From Sulfuricurvum sp. (lineage in GTDB: Bacteria > Campylobacterota > Campylobacteria > Campylobacterales > Sulfurimonadaceae): 64,000 nucleotides of DNA. Every line of letters starts with the position of its first letter. Position 1 is the stretch's first letter. The notes beneath the pieces were generated by a model. That model did no database searches. It was not told where the DNA came from and saw only the letters and a program-made list of their open reading frames with translations. The position numbers were made by a program, and so were the translations under genes. The stretch is from NCBI RefSeq assembly GCF_023250475.1, contig NZ_JAHFAQ010000001.1, forward strand, positions 134 through 64,133, written 5' to 3'. Positions 41,562 to 51,171 of this stretch are shown here, piece after piece.

Positions 41562-43499
41562 ATGAAAGCTTTAAAAAGCTCATTTAGCGAATACTTTGCC
41601 AAAAGACGGATACAACAAACCCCGTATTATCTCATTGCATTGTTAACCTTCAATATGATCGTGGTGGTTATGATCACCATAGCCATTTTATACAATCTTG
41701 GTTTTGAACGGCAAAAAAACCGTCTTATCGAACTGGTAGAGACGCAGGCGGTGATGATTAATGTCGTGGCCAAACAAGAGCTTTTACTCCATAGAAACCT
41801 CCCTCCCCTACTGGAAAAACAGCTTGCTGAAAATATCATTCAAAAAGTTACGAACGCTCACTATCGGTACGGAGGATTTGAAAAAACAGGTGAGTTCACC
41901 CTCGGAAAGCATCAAGGTGACGAGATTCAGTATCTTATCAAACAGCGCCATTTCAATATGAAAAAGCCTACCGCTATTCCTTGGAATTCCAAACTCGGGG
42001 AACCGATGCGTCGAGCACTCAAAGGGGAAAAAGGGACGGCGGTAACCTTCGATTATCGGGGGGCAATCGTTTTGGCCGCATATGAGCCGATTAAAGATTT
42101 AGAATGGGGGATTGTCGCCAAAATAGATCTCTCTGAGATTCGCGCCCCCTATATCGAAGCGGCTCAGTACGCGCTGGGACTAACGATTTTACTGGCACTG
42201 ATCGGGAGTCTTATTTTTTGGTATTTTCTTCACCCCTTAGTCAAAGATATCGAAGATTCACGCCATTTCAACCGTATGCTGATTGACAGTTCCTCCACAG
42301 GATTGGCTTTATGCTCATTAGAGGGGAAAATTATCGATGCCAATAAAAGTTTTTTAAAAATCGTCGCCCTTTCAACCAAACGGATACGAGAGTTAACCTA
42401 TTTTGACCTTATAGCAGACACCCTTGTCGAGTTTGAAAGAGGACAATTTTACTCACTTAAACAAAACGGCCGTATCGACCCGTATGAAAGCCTCTACATC
42501 GGTAAAAATTCAGAACCTATCCCCGTCAAAATATCCGGTAAACTCATCTCCATCAAAGGACTGCCGTATGTGTGGCTGAGCGTTGATAATATAAAAGAGT
42601 ATAAAATTCGTGAATCAGAGCTTTTGTTATCGGATGCGGTCTTTCACAGTACCTCCGAAGTGATCTTCATCACCGATACCTCCAAAAATATTATCAAAGT
42701 CAATGAAGCATTTAGCGCAGTAACCGGATTTAGCGAAGAGGATGTCTTGGGGAAAAATCCCCGAATTTTGAAATCGGGAAAACATGACCGTCCATTTTAT
42801 GATGAGATGTTTCAGACGATCAATACGACGGGTAAATGGCGCGGTGAAATATGGAATAAACGAAAAAACGGGGAGCTTTTCCCCTCATTGCAAAGTATTT
42901 CGGCGATTCATGATGAAACGGGGAAACTTATCCGCTACGTTGCGGTACTGAGTGATATCACCGTTCAAAAAGCGTATGAACAGCAGCTCCTTATCGATTC
43001 GCATCATGATGTTTTGACAGGATTGCCAAACCGGCTATTTTTTAACCAAATGCTCACGCAAACCCTTGCCCGAGCGGAACGGGGCGACAAAATATTTGCC
43101 CTCTTTTTTATCGATCTCAATCAGTTCAAAGAGGTCAATGATACTCACGGGCATGAATGCGGAGATATACTCTTAAAAACAATCGCAGTCCGGTTACGGG
43201 ACAATATACGTACAGATGATTTTGTCGCTCGTCTGGGAGGCGATGAGTTTACCATCATTTTTGAATCCGTCAAATCCAAAAAAGAAGCGATCATGGTCGC
43301 AAAAAATCTTCTCAATAAAACAAAAGAGCCTATTTTAATTAACAATTGCGATATCACCCCTTCCATCAGCATCGGTATCGCTTTTTATCCCGAGCACGGC
43401 AAGGATGCTGAAACACTGCTCAAATACGCCGATAAAGCGATGTACCATGCCAAGCATCAGACAACCGAGCATTACACCCTGTGCAATGATATAGACTAA
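41562..43499 (+). CDS. Diguanylate cyclase (periplasmic cache-like + 2 PAS + GGDEF)
   Basis: Two TM, PAS (VNEAFSAVTGF, WRGEIWNKRKNG), HDVLTGLPNR, RTDD..RLGGDEF. Confidence 0.9.
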   Translation: MKALKSSFSEYFAKRRIQQTPYYLIALLTFNMIVVVMITIAILYNLGFERQKNRLIELVETQAVMINVVAKQELLLHRNLPPLLEKQLAENIIQKVTNAHYRYGGFEKTGEFTLGKHQGDEIQYLIKQRHFNMKKPTAIPWNSKLGEPMRRALKGEKGTAVTFDYRGAIVLAAYEPIKDLEWGIVAKIDLSEIRAPYIEAAQYALGLTILLALIGSLIFWYFLHPLVKDIEDSRHFNRMLIDSSSTGLALCSLEGKIIDANKSFLKIVALSTKRIRELTYFDLIADTLVEFERGQFYSLKQNGRIDPYESLYIGKNSEPIPVKISGKLISIKGLPYVWLSVDNIKEYKIRESELLLSDAVFHSTSEVIFITDTSKNIIKVNEAFSAVTGFSEEDVLGKNPRILKSGKHDRPFYDEMFQTINTTGKWRGEIWNKRKNGELFPSLQSISAIHDETGKLIRYVAVLSDITVQKAYEQQLLIDSHHDVLTGLPNRLFFNQMLTQTLARAERGDKIFALFFIDLNQFKEVNDTHGHECGDILLKTIAVRLRDNIRTDDFVARLGGDEFTIIFESVKSKKEAIMVAKNLLNKTKEPILINNCDITPSISIGIAFYPEHGKDAETLLKYADKAMYHAKHQTTEHYTLCNDID

Positions 43500-44761
43500 A
43501 ACTCCCCTCCTCCGCGAACGATGTCCATACCGTATTTATCTCTCATCGTTGTCAATGCTTCCGTAAGACTGCGCATTTTCGTATCGTTTTGTATTTCAAG
43601 GAGGTTGAAACTTTTCGGATCATGATGGATAAACTTGGTGGCACTCATAGCGATATAGCGGATACCGCTGTGGGGATAAATATCCAATTCTCTGAATTTC
43701 TCTAGGGTGAAAGATTGCAGAAATGTTTCGTTAAACAAACGATAAAGGGTGTACTGTTTCTTCGAATTTCCCCAGTTCTCATATCCCAATGAAAACGAAT
43801 ACGTTGTCGGATTGACTCCCAGTTTCATAATGGTATGACTCCAATGGCGCACCAGAATATGGATACGGCGGAAAAGTTCATCTCTATCGTGAACCGGATG
43901 ATCCATGGAGCGTGATATCCCTATCCCTTTGCGCGATCGGCTCGGTTGTACACTTTCATTGTCCTCACCTCTGAACCGTCCATAAAGTTCCCTGCTCTGA
44001 GTTCCCCAAGATTGAATCAACGTCTCCGATCTCCATGCGTCACCGATGCTTTTGATACCGTAACGCTCCATTTTAAGCGAAAACGCTTTTCCGACACCGG
44101 GGAATTCGCCGATGGGAATGTCTTTGACAAAGGATTCTATCTCATGGTTATGAATAACGCGAACGCCGTAAGGTTTAGCCGATGACGTCGCCAGTTTGGC
44201 AATCCATTTTGAACGGCTTGCTCCGATGGATACGGGCAATTTGAACTCTATACTAATTTGATTTTGGAGATGTCGTACAAACTCATAGGTGTCGGCTTCG
44301 TCGATCCATCCTCGAAGATCGCCGAACATCTCATCGATACTGTACTGTTCCATTACGGGTACGGCGGTAGAGAGGTACTCCATCAATTCATGGCTCATCG
44401 TATGGTAGAGCAGATGGTTAGGAGGGAGGAGAATAAGATGGGGACAGAGACGGAGAGCTTCATGAACGCTCATGGCGGTTTTTATCCCGTAAGCGCGCGC
44501 TTCATAGCTTGCGGTCGTGATAATCCCCCGCATCTTATCTCCATCTTTAAAATAATGGCGGCTGTCGTGTTCCGCATGAAAGAGCGAAGGGACAAAAGCT
44601 CCCGTATTCAAAGTCATCAGTTTTTTGTTACGGGAGGGATTTTTATCAAAGATAAACGGATCGCCTCGCCCCCCTACGGCCACACACTTTCCGTTCAATG
44701 AGGAGTTGTGAACCCGTTCGCACGAAGCAAAAAAACAGTCAAGATCTAAATGGATAATCAT
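43496..44761 (-). CDS. dinB: Y-family DNA polymerase (Pol IV-like)
   Basis: IHLDLDCFFAS, TASYEARAYG, YSIDE, SKWIAKLA. Confidence 0.88.
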   Translation of the reverse strand: MIIHLDLDCFFASCERVHNSSLNGKCVAVGGRGDPFIFDKNPSRNKKLMTLNTGAFVPSLFHAEHDSRHYFKDGDKMRGIITTASYEARAYGIKTAMSVHEALRLCPHLILLPPNHLLYHTMSHELMEYLSTAVPVMEQYSIDEMFGDLRGWIDEADTYEFVRHLQNQISIEFKLPVSIGASRSKWIAKLATSSAKPYGVRVIHNHEIESFVKDIPIGEFPGVGKAFSLKMERYGIKSIGDAWRSETLIQSWGTQSRELYGRFRGEDNESVQPSRSRKGIGISRSMDHPVHDRDELFRRIHILVRHWSHTIMKLGVNPTTYSFSLGYENWGNSKKQYTLYRLFNETFLQSFTLEKFRELDIYPHSGIRYIAMSATKFIHHDPKSFNLLEIQNDTKMRSLTEALTTMRDKYGMDIVRGGGEF

Positions 44762-44829
44762 AGAGCGGATAATAGAGCGATTTTCTCAAAAAGCTCCATT
44801 CCCTGTCAGATTGACATATTAAATCCGTT

Positions 44830-46095
44830 CTAAAGCAGCTCTAATTTATACAGAAACAACCGCTCTTTATACGAGGGGATATCGAGTTCCTGACGGTATT
44901 TGGCGATCACACGGCGTACCATTTTGACTCCGAAACGCTCTTCGATCATCTCATGAAGCGTTTTATCGCTAAAGGGGTCATCTTTATTCTCACTGGATAC
45001 GAGACGTTTCAGAAAATGTTTGATCTCCGATGTGGAGACTTCGCCGATCGAGTTGGAAAAAAAGTCTTTAAACGCATACAGTCCCCGCTCAGTTTGGATA
45101 TATTTATCGGCAATTGCACGGGAAATCGTCGATTCGTTGAATCCCAGTTCATCCGCAACATCCTGAAGACGGAGAGGCTTGAGTTCTCCCCCCATAAAAA
45201 AGCCGTACTGCTTCTCAATAAGAACCAATGCGACATTGTAAAGGGTCGCTTTGCGCAGGTCGAGTAGTTTGACAAGTTCCCGCGCTTCTTTGAATTTTTG
45301 GCGGGCAAAGTTATCGTATTTATCGATCATATTCACCTGCAAATCGGGATAAAATGCATGATTGATACGGATATTCAGTTCCGACCCCGCAAATTCGACA
45401 AACAGATCGGGGGTAATCTGCGTTTCCGGTTCCATATATTCCAAAGCAGGCGGATTTCGAAGATGCTGCAACACCGATTTGGCGTCATGCAAGCGTGGAT
45501 GGTTGATAAATTTCTCCATCTTGTCAAACTGCAAGATCATCGCCCCCAGCAAGATACTCAATTCATCATCCAAATCATAATCGCTGAGTTGAAATAAAAA
45601 CGACTCCTTATAATCGACCGCTCCGACACCCGAAGGCTCCAAATGGGCGAATCGCTGACGAACTCTTTCTACGGTATAAGCATCGGTATCGCACTGCTGC
45701 GCCACCTCTTCCACCGATCCCTCGAAATACCCTTCATCATTAATATAGTAGACAATCTGACGGGCAATCTTTTGCGATATAGGGGTCGGAAACAGCGGCG
45801 CTACAATCTGTTCATCAAGTTTTTCATAAAGAGAGGCGGAAGAGATACTGAGCCATTCGATCTGATCGCTTGAAGCGTTGGAAACATAGTTTTGAAATGC
45901 ACCGTAGGCCGAAGTGCCTCCAACGCCGGAATTGGACTCTTCAAAACCCGACTTGACTTCCAAACAAGGGTTTTCGTTCGTAATAACTTGCAGGTGTTTT
46001 TCGAGATCGTTCAGAGAGCATTGCAGCAACGGCAACCACGTCTGCATCGATAATCTTGGTAATTGTTTTTGTTTATAAGAGAGTGTTGTTTGCAT
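44830..46095 (-). CDS. rpoN: RNA polymerase sigma-54 factor (divergent RpoN box)
   Basis: WLPLLQ, ENP.LE, EPSGVGA, PLRLQDVADELGFNESTISR, RRVIAKYR; start adjusted to ATG 46095. Confidence 0.92.
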   Translation of the reverse strand: MQTTLSYKQKQLPRLSMQTWLPLLQCSLNDLEKHLQVITNENPCLEVKSGFEESNSGVGGTSAYGAFQNYVSNASSDQIEWLSISSASLYEKLDEQIVAPLFPTPISQKIARQIVYYINDEGYFEGSVEEVAQQCDTDAYTVERVRQRFAHLEPSGVGAVDYKESFLFQLSDYDLDDELSILLGAMILQFDKMEKFINHPRLHDAKSVLQHLRNPPALEYMEPETQITPDLFVEFAGSELNIRINHAFYPDLQVNMIDKYDNFARQKFKEARELVKLLDLRKATLYNVALVLIEKQYGFFMGGELKPLRLQDVADELGFNESTISRAIADKYIQTERGLYAFKDFFSNSIGEVSTSEIKHFLKRLVSSENKDDPFSDKTLHEMIEERFGVKMVRRVIAKYRQELDIPSYKERLFLYKLELL

Positions 46096-46235
46096 AATAA
46101 TCCGCCTAAATAAATACACACTTACACAATCAAATGCATATTTTGTTCTTATGGAAAGTATAGGCTTTTTTTAAGCAGTATTATGATCAAAAAATAGGCA
46201 GTTTCTATTCGTGGTGAGCGTATCGAAATATGGTA

Positions 46236-46293
46236 GTCATGCTGAACTGGATTCAGCATCTCATATTAGACCCCGAATCAAATTCGGGGTGAT
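46236..46293. repeat. REP-like element: two inverted GTCA-led palindromic units
   Basis: GTCATGCTGAActggaTTCAGCATCT and AGACCCCGAATcaaATTCGGGGTGAT (reverse orientation), 6 nt apart. Confidence 0.7.
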
Positions 46294-46323
46294 ACTATGA
46301 ATCATCAATATGATGAAGAGGTA

Positions 46324-46614
46324 TTAGTATTTAATGCGTACCAATCCATTTGGTGCGACGACTTTCATCTGACAAGCAAGACGGGCTTTAGGGTTGCTTT
46401 CATTAAGCGTTTTAAGTACCGCTTTCTCTTTATCCGTTGTAGGGCTCATATACTCCATACCGGATTCGATCATTACGACACAGGTACCGCATTCGCCGTC
46501 ACGGCATCCGAACGGAAGTGCACTACCTGAAGCTTCAACGATATCTTGGATCGTTTTGCCCGGTATGACGTTGATCGCCAAAAAGTCATTCATAATTTCT
46601 ACACGTGTTGTCAT
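46324..46614 (-). CDS. [2Fe-2S] ferredoxin, nif-associated
   Basis: FGCRDGECGTC...RLACQ. Confidence 0.88.
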   Translation of the reverse strand: MTTRVEIMNDFLAINVIPGKTIQDIVEASGSALPFGCRDGECGTCVVMIESGMEYMSPTTDKEKAVLKTLNESNPKARLACQMKVVAPNGLVRIKY

Positions 46615-46702
46615 CCCAACTCCTTTTATACGATTATGATATTAGCCGCAAGGGCACCAATTCTTCATGATACTATATGCAAAAATCTCAGAAAAGAGCG
46701 TT

Positions 46703-47149
46703 CTATTCCCCCTCTTCGTGAGATTGCGCCGCTTTTTCAGCGGCTTTCTTGGCGCGGTGTTCTTTGATCCATCGTAGTTCTTCGGCGACCTCATCATAGC
46801 CGTCATCCTCAAGAGCGCTCTCCAGCTCCCCTTCACGGCATCCGAATATCAGCCCCTCTTCGATGAAATTGACTTCATAAACCCGTATCGTCTGCAAAAA
46901 ATCACCGATGGCACGAACGTATCCTTCGGCACCCGCTTCAACAAGAGTCTCGCCGACCCCCGCATGAGGATAGGTTCCGTCATTACGGATCGTTTTGGTC
47001 AATCGCACCCTCTGACCGACTCGATAAAGAGAAAGGATCTCGTCTTTGGTCGACATTTTGTAGAGATTGGTTTTCCGCGATGCCTCATCAATCGGCATAT
47101 TCTCTTCAGAAAGTGACGGTGTTTTGGCTGACACAGGCGTGGACTCCAT
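46703..47149 (-). CDS. nifZ: Nitrogen fixation protein NifZ
   Basis: GQRVRL.K.IRNDGTYP...GE.LV..G.EGYV..IG.FLQ...VY.V.F.....GCREGEL. Confidence 0.88.
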   Translation of the reverse strand: MESTPVSAKTPSLSEENMPIDEASRKTNLYKMSTKDEILSLYRVGQRVRLTKTIRNDGTYPHAGVGETLVEAGAEGYVRAIGDFLQTIRVYEVNFIEEGLIFGCREGELESALEDDGYDEVAEELRWIKEHRAKKAAEKAAQSHEEGE

Positions 47150-47480
47150 GACTGACCTCCTCTACGCTGCTACAGCTGCTTGATGTGGAACAGGTACCGC
47201 AAGCGCTCGGCTTGTCGAACATTTCCCAGACATCGGCGGCTGATGGGCTATAGCCGTTTTCAAAATTTTTGTAAACGGTAATAAGGGCGAATTTATAATA
47301 TTCGAGCAATTTTTCATCGTTTATGAAATCATGCCCTTTGGCTTTTTCCACTAACTCTCCGAATTTTTTCATCATATGAAAACGTTTTACCTGAACCAAA
47401 CGCTCATCGTATGCAAGATCGAAAAAATCAAAAAAATCTTCGGTATCGGTGATTTTTTGAAATTCAGCTAACGTTCCCAT
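47106..47480 (-). CDS. nifW: Nitrogenase-stabilizing protein NifW
   Basis: EDFFDFF.L.YD...V.VKR.H..KKF. Confidence 0.8.
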   Translation of the reverse strand: MGTLAEFQKITDTEDFFDFFDLAYDERLVQVKRFHMMKKFGELVEKAKGHDFINDEKLLEYYKFALITVYKNFENGYSPSAADVWEMFDKPSACGTCSTSSSCSSVEEVSHGVHACVSQNTVTF

Positions 47481-47490
47481 AACACTCTCC

Positions 47491-48006
47491 TTATAATCCC
47501 ATCTCGCTTTTGAGCTGGGTTGCCCAACCGAGAACTCTCTCTTCGGTCAAATCTTCCTGATTGACATCATCAATCCCTAATCCGCAAAACTTTCCGTCCC
47601 GTTCTGCCAGTGAAAATTCATAGTCGTATCCGCTGGTTGGAATAAATCCGTGTGCTTCGGATCCGAGCGAGACAAAAAGATCGTGCATTTTCCCCAATGC
47701 ACTCAAAAAATGTTCGCCATGCGTCTTTTGATCGCCCGCACCGAAAAAGGCCACTTTTTTACCGCTCAAGTCGGGACGTTCGTTATCCAGTTCATAGAGA
47801 GGGTCAACCCAGTCACGCTGAGGATCCCCTTGTCCCCATGTAGACGAACCGAGGATCAATACGTCGAAATCTTCAAATTGATCGATTCCGTCAAAATCCT
47901 CTTCCATATCGATCAGTTCCGCACCTTTGAACTGCTCTGCCAAAAGCTCTGCCGCTCCACGCGTCACACCGCTGCTGCTACCGAAAAAAATTCCAACTTT
48001 TGCCAT
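47491..48006 (-). CDS. Long-chain flavodoxin (NifF/FldA-like)
   Basis: GIFFGSSSGVT, GSSTWGQGD, FFGAGD, GLGIDDVNQ. Confidence 0.9.
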   Translation of the reverse strand: MAKVGIFFGSSSGVTRGAAELLAEQFKGAELIDMEEDFDGIDQFEDFDVLILGSSTWGQGDPQRDWVDPLYELDNERPDLSGKKVAFFGAGDQKTHGEHFLSALGKMHDLFVSLGSEAHGFIPTSGYDYEFSLAERDGKFCGLGIDDVNQEDLTEERVLGWATQLKSEMGL

Positions 48007-48016
48007 TGTTTACTCC

Positions 48017-48469
48017 TTACCCTTGTTGTATGCACGGTTTGTATTGTTCATAAATCTCAATTGCGCTTGAGAGTGATTTATCTCCGTCTTCGAAGAGTGC
48101 ATCTAGCGTTCGATAACTGAAGCGATGCGCATCTTTAAAATATTTGTTGACGATACAGATACGATCGGCAATGACCGCACATCGTCCGAATCCCTCATGG
48201 CTCATCTCCATAATGACGTTACAGACAACTCCCGTTTTACGCTCGAAAGACAATGCGATCGCTTTATAGATCATCTTGATATCGTTGATCATCATCTCGT
48301 CGATGTCGGCAATCAAAGGAACCAGTTTGATCTCTTCTTTGGTCTTAACATATTTTTTGACCAACAACTCTTCATCACCTATTCTCGCCCAGTTTCCGAA
48401 CTGATCGAGGGCGCGGATCTGACGAACGATCTCAAGACCGAAATCACTTAATTTTGTTTCTGCTTCCAT
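48017..48469 (-). CDS. NifX-associated nitrogen fixation protein (DUF269)
   Basis: QIRALDQFGNW, FER.TG, HEGFGR, DAHRFSY; start adjusted to ATG 48469. Confidence 0.85.
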   Translation of the reverse strand: MEAETKLSDFGLEIVRQIRALDQFGNWARIGDEELLVKKYVKTKEEIKLVPLIADIDEMMINDIKMIYKAIALSFERKTGVVCNVIMEMSHEGFGRCAVIADRICIVNKYFKDAHRFSYRTLDALFEDGDKSLSSAIEIYEQYKPCIQQG

Positions 48470-48494
48470 AATTGGATCCTTGTTTATGTATCGT

Positions 48495-48947
48495 TTATTC
48501 GCCCTCGGCCCAGCGATCCTGTCGCACATCGTGTTCGGTTTGCATTTGCATGATGTTTTTAATCCACGGCGGAGGATTGCCGTTAATCATGGTCACTAAG
48601 TTTTTAAGGACGTCTTCGATCCGCGTCATATCATTTGCTTTCATCGGATGAATCCCCGCACGTATCACTTTTGCCGCAGCGGTTCCGCCGATGCTTTCCG
48701 AATACATGATATTAACTCCCTTGAGGGCACGAACACGATAATCGGTTTTGTCATCATCTTCCGGTTCCGTGCTGTCGGTTTTAATCACTTCTGAGAGTTC
48801 AAATCCCTCTTTGGAAACGTTGTACACAACAAACTCTTTGGCTCCGCCGAAATGGGCATTGATCTCTTCCATATCTTTCGTCGCAAAAGCGACTTTTAAA
48901 GCATTTTTCATTTTCGTATCCCCTTCAATCGTAATTTTAGTGTTCAT
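48495..48947 (-). CDS. nifX: FeMo-cofactor carrier NifX
   Basis: KVAFAT.D...INAHFGGAK.F..Y, IGGTAAAKV..AGIHP, NPPPW. Confidence 0.9.
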   Translation of the reverse strand: MNTKITIEGDTKMKNALKVAFATKDMEEINAHFGGAKEFVVYNVSKEGFELSEVIKTDSTEPEDDDKTDYRVRALKGVNIMYSESIGGTAAAKVIRAGIHPMKANDMTRIEDVLKNLVTMINGNPPPWIKNIMQMQTEHDVRQDRWAEGE

Positions 48948-50235
48948 GCTTGACCTTCCTCAATTCGTTAGCGATCTCGAATAAAAAGTACGTGCTTCCT
49001 TCATACAGTTGATCGTTTTTGAGCTGGTTCCCTAACTCTTCATAGTTCGGGAATCCTCGGATAACGAGCGCCGTATTCTCTACACTATGCAAGATTCGTT
49101 CTGCATGAAAATTACTGATGACCATATCTGCCCCTTCAAAAAATCGTTCTGCATCTTCCAAATCTCCGACGAAAACATTTTCCGCTTCAATGGTGTGGAG
49201 AACATCGCTAAATGTCGTAGACACCGCTGCGGTGATCGTTCCACCGACACTGCGTATGAGTGCGCACATTCCCGAGAGCATATCGGGCTCTCCCGTAATA
49301 ACGAAGTGGGAAGTACCGATAAGAAAATGGGAATCGAGCATTGCATCCTGCAATCGGGCACGCCATCGTTTAATCAACGGTTTCGGCTCAGAGTGTCGTA
49401 TTTTCATGAGCGCACTTACAAAATTGTCACACCCCTCCAACCCCATCACATGATCGAAATGGAGATGCTCGATAAGGGGATTCTTTTTTTGCAAAGCAAG
49501 CGCCGATTTTTTCATAGAAGCACCAAGTGAGACAACAACCGAAGAGGTTGCGAGATCACGTATCTGTTCCACCGTAATCCCGCCGTTTGAGAGTTTCCCC
49601 TGCCCCTCTTCCCAGTATCCGTCGAGGGAAGTAGAGAGATCGGGAAGCGCATACGTTTCAAAACCGAAATCCTCACAAAAACATTTGAGTTTTTCGATCT
49701 CTATAGGCTGCATACTCAGATGAGGCAACAGTACGAGTTTATTCGGTTTTATTCCGGTGGCGGCTTCGGTGATTTGCTCGATCATTGCGGTGACGGTGAG
49801 TGACCATCCGCTCTCCATCCCCCCCTCATAATCGGGAGTATTGACGAATACATAGGGGATTTCGATGTGCATCCCCACACCCCGAACATCATCCCCTTTC
49901 GTCTCCGTCAGTCCCGTCGTGTGCAGACCGATCATGGACGGTTTGAGATTTTTTTCTTTGGACTGAATATTCTCTATCGCCATAAGGATCGAATAATCAC
50001 CGCCGTCGAGAACGGCGGTGATATCGCTGACCGAAGTGTTACGCACGGCGATGGGTTCGTTGAAATGACGTGTGAAGAAAACTTTGGTGTACGAGGCACA
50101 CCCTTGTGCGCCGTGCATGAGGGGCATGCAATCTTTTACCCCTAAAAATGCGAGGGTTGCCCCCATCGGCTGGGAGTGCTTGATCGGATTGACTTGAAGT
50201 GGTTTATGCTCATGACGAGAGAGGGAGAATTCCAT
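48937..50235 (-). CDS. nifN: Nitrogenase FeMo-cofactor scaffold NifN
   Basis: NPIKHSQPMGA, HGAQGCASY.KVFFTRHFNEPI, TTGLTETKGDD. Confidence 0.93.
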   Translation of the reverse strand: MEFSLSRHEHKPLQVNPIKHSQPMGATLAFLGVKDCMPLMHGAQGCASYTKVFFTRHFNEPIAVRNTSVSDITAVLDGGDYSILMAIENIQSKEKNLKPSMIGLHTTGLTETKGDDVRGVGMHIEIPYVFVNTPDYEGGMESGWSLTVTAMIEQITEAATGIKPNKLVLLPHLSMQPIEIEKLKCFCEDFGFETYALPDLSTSLDGYWEEGQGKLSNGGITVEQIRDLATSSVVVSLGASMKKSALALQKKNPLIEHLHFDHVMGLEGCDNFVSALMKIRHSEPKPLIKRWRARLQDAMLDSHFLIGTSHFVITGEPDMLSGMCALIRSVGGTITAAVSTTFSDVLHTIEAENVFVGDLEDAERFFEGADMVISNFHAERILHSVENTALVIRGFPNYEELGNQLKNDQLYEGSTYFLFEIANELRKVKHEH

Positions 50236-50260
50236 GGCAACTCCTTGTTAAAAGGAGTAT

Positions 50261-50277
50261 TGCAAGAAGTGTGCGAG
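50261..50277 (-). promoter_or_regulatory. Non-canonical sigma54-like promoter of nifN
   Basis: CTCGCACACTTCTTGCA: CG-N10-GC in place of GG-N10-GC; 16/17 identical to the nifE motif. Confidence 0.65.
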
Positions 50278-50292
50278 AAGGCTTATTCTAGG

Positions 50293-51123
50293 CTACAGTG
50301 TTTTCTCTCCATAGATATGAACATCTCTCTGCGGATAAGGGATTGTTACCTTCGCATCATTGAGCGCTTTGTAAATCGCCATATTGACCTCATACTGCGT
50401 TTTGAAATAACTTCTCGTCGGAACCCAGTAACGCATCCCGATCTCGACGGCGCTATCTCCGAACTTCTGTATCCCCACAACCGCTTTGTTCTCACCCGAA
50501 AGGCTATCAAAAGCGTCGATTACCCGCTTGATAAGCTCGATCGCTTTTTCGGCATCATCATTATACGAAATGCCGACACTCGATTCGACGATTCGGTAAT
50601 CGAACGAGTTGACGATCACCTCTCCGATCATATTTTTATTGGGGATCGTAATCAGCTCTTCATCTTCGGTTCGAAGTGTCGTATACCCCAGTTTGATCTC
50701 TTCGACGATACCGTAGACTTTATTGACCAAGATCGTATCGCCGAGTTTAAAGGGGCGGGTGATCACCAAGGAGATCCCCGCTGCGAAGTTGGCAACCGTC
50801 CCCTGCAAAGCCAAACCTGCCGTCAGAAAAATAGCACCAACCGCTGCGACAAAAGGGGCGATAGATATGCCGAGCTTCCCGATCGCTATAATAAACATCG
50901 CACCGAATACCAGAATACGGACGACATTAGCTGCGAATTTGCCCAAAGTTGCATCAAAATCGTGCGTACTGAAAAATCGGATTAAAACAGTATAGATGTA
51001 CTTCGAGAGAAACCATCCGATGGTGACGATGATAACGGCACCGATAATTTGAAAACTGTAATTCGTCAAAAACTCTATACTCAGTTCATAAAACTGTTGA
51101 ACGTAATGCAATTCCTGATTCAT
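50293..51123 (-). CDS. Small-conductance mechanosensitive channel (MscS family)
   Basis: GLALQGTVANFAAGI..VITRPFKLGD, IPNK, V.ISY.DD, IPYPQRDVH. Confidence 0.9.
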   Translation of the reverse strand: MNQELHYVQQFYELSIEFLTNYSFQIIGAVIIVTIGWFLSKYIYTVLIRFFSTHDFDATLGKFAANVVRILVFGAMFIIAIGKLGISIAPFVAAVGAIFLTAGLALQGTVANFAAGISLVITRPFKLGDTILVNKVYGIVEEIKLGYTTLRTEDEELITIPNKNMIGEVIVNSFDYRIVESSVGISYNDDAEKAIELIKRVIDAFDSLSGENKAVVGIQKFGDSAVEIGMRYWVPTRSYFKTQYEVNMAIYKALNDAKVTIPYPQRDVHIYGEKTL

Positions 51124-51171
51124 AGTATCTCCTTGACAATCAAAAAGAATATTATGCCCAATTATTTCTCT

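Noticed and set aside
46640-46700. Third CG-type sigma54 motif before the nif ferredoxin
   Set aside because: TTTTTGCA is present but no GG or CG at the correct -24 spacing.
46642-46836. 64-aa minus ORF between nifZ and the ferredoxin
   Set aside because: Mostly overlaps nifZ in another frame; no recognisable nif product.
50176-50985. 269-aa plus-strand ORF antisense to mscS
   Set aside because: No recognisable motif; typical antisense shadow of a conserved gene. The same applies to the many 60-180 aa ORFs opposite the TCA, secA, nif and tex genes.
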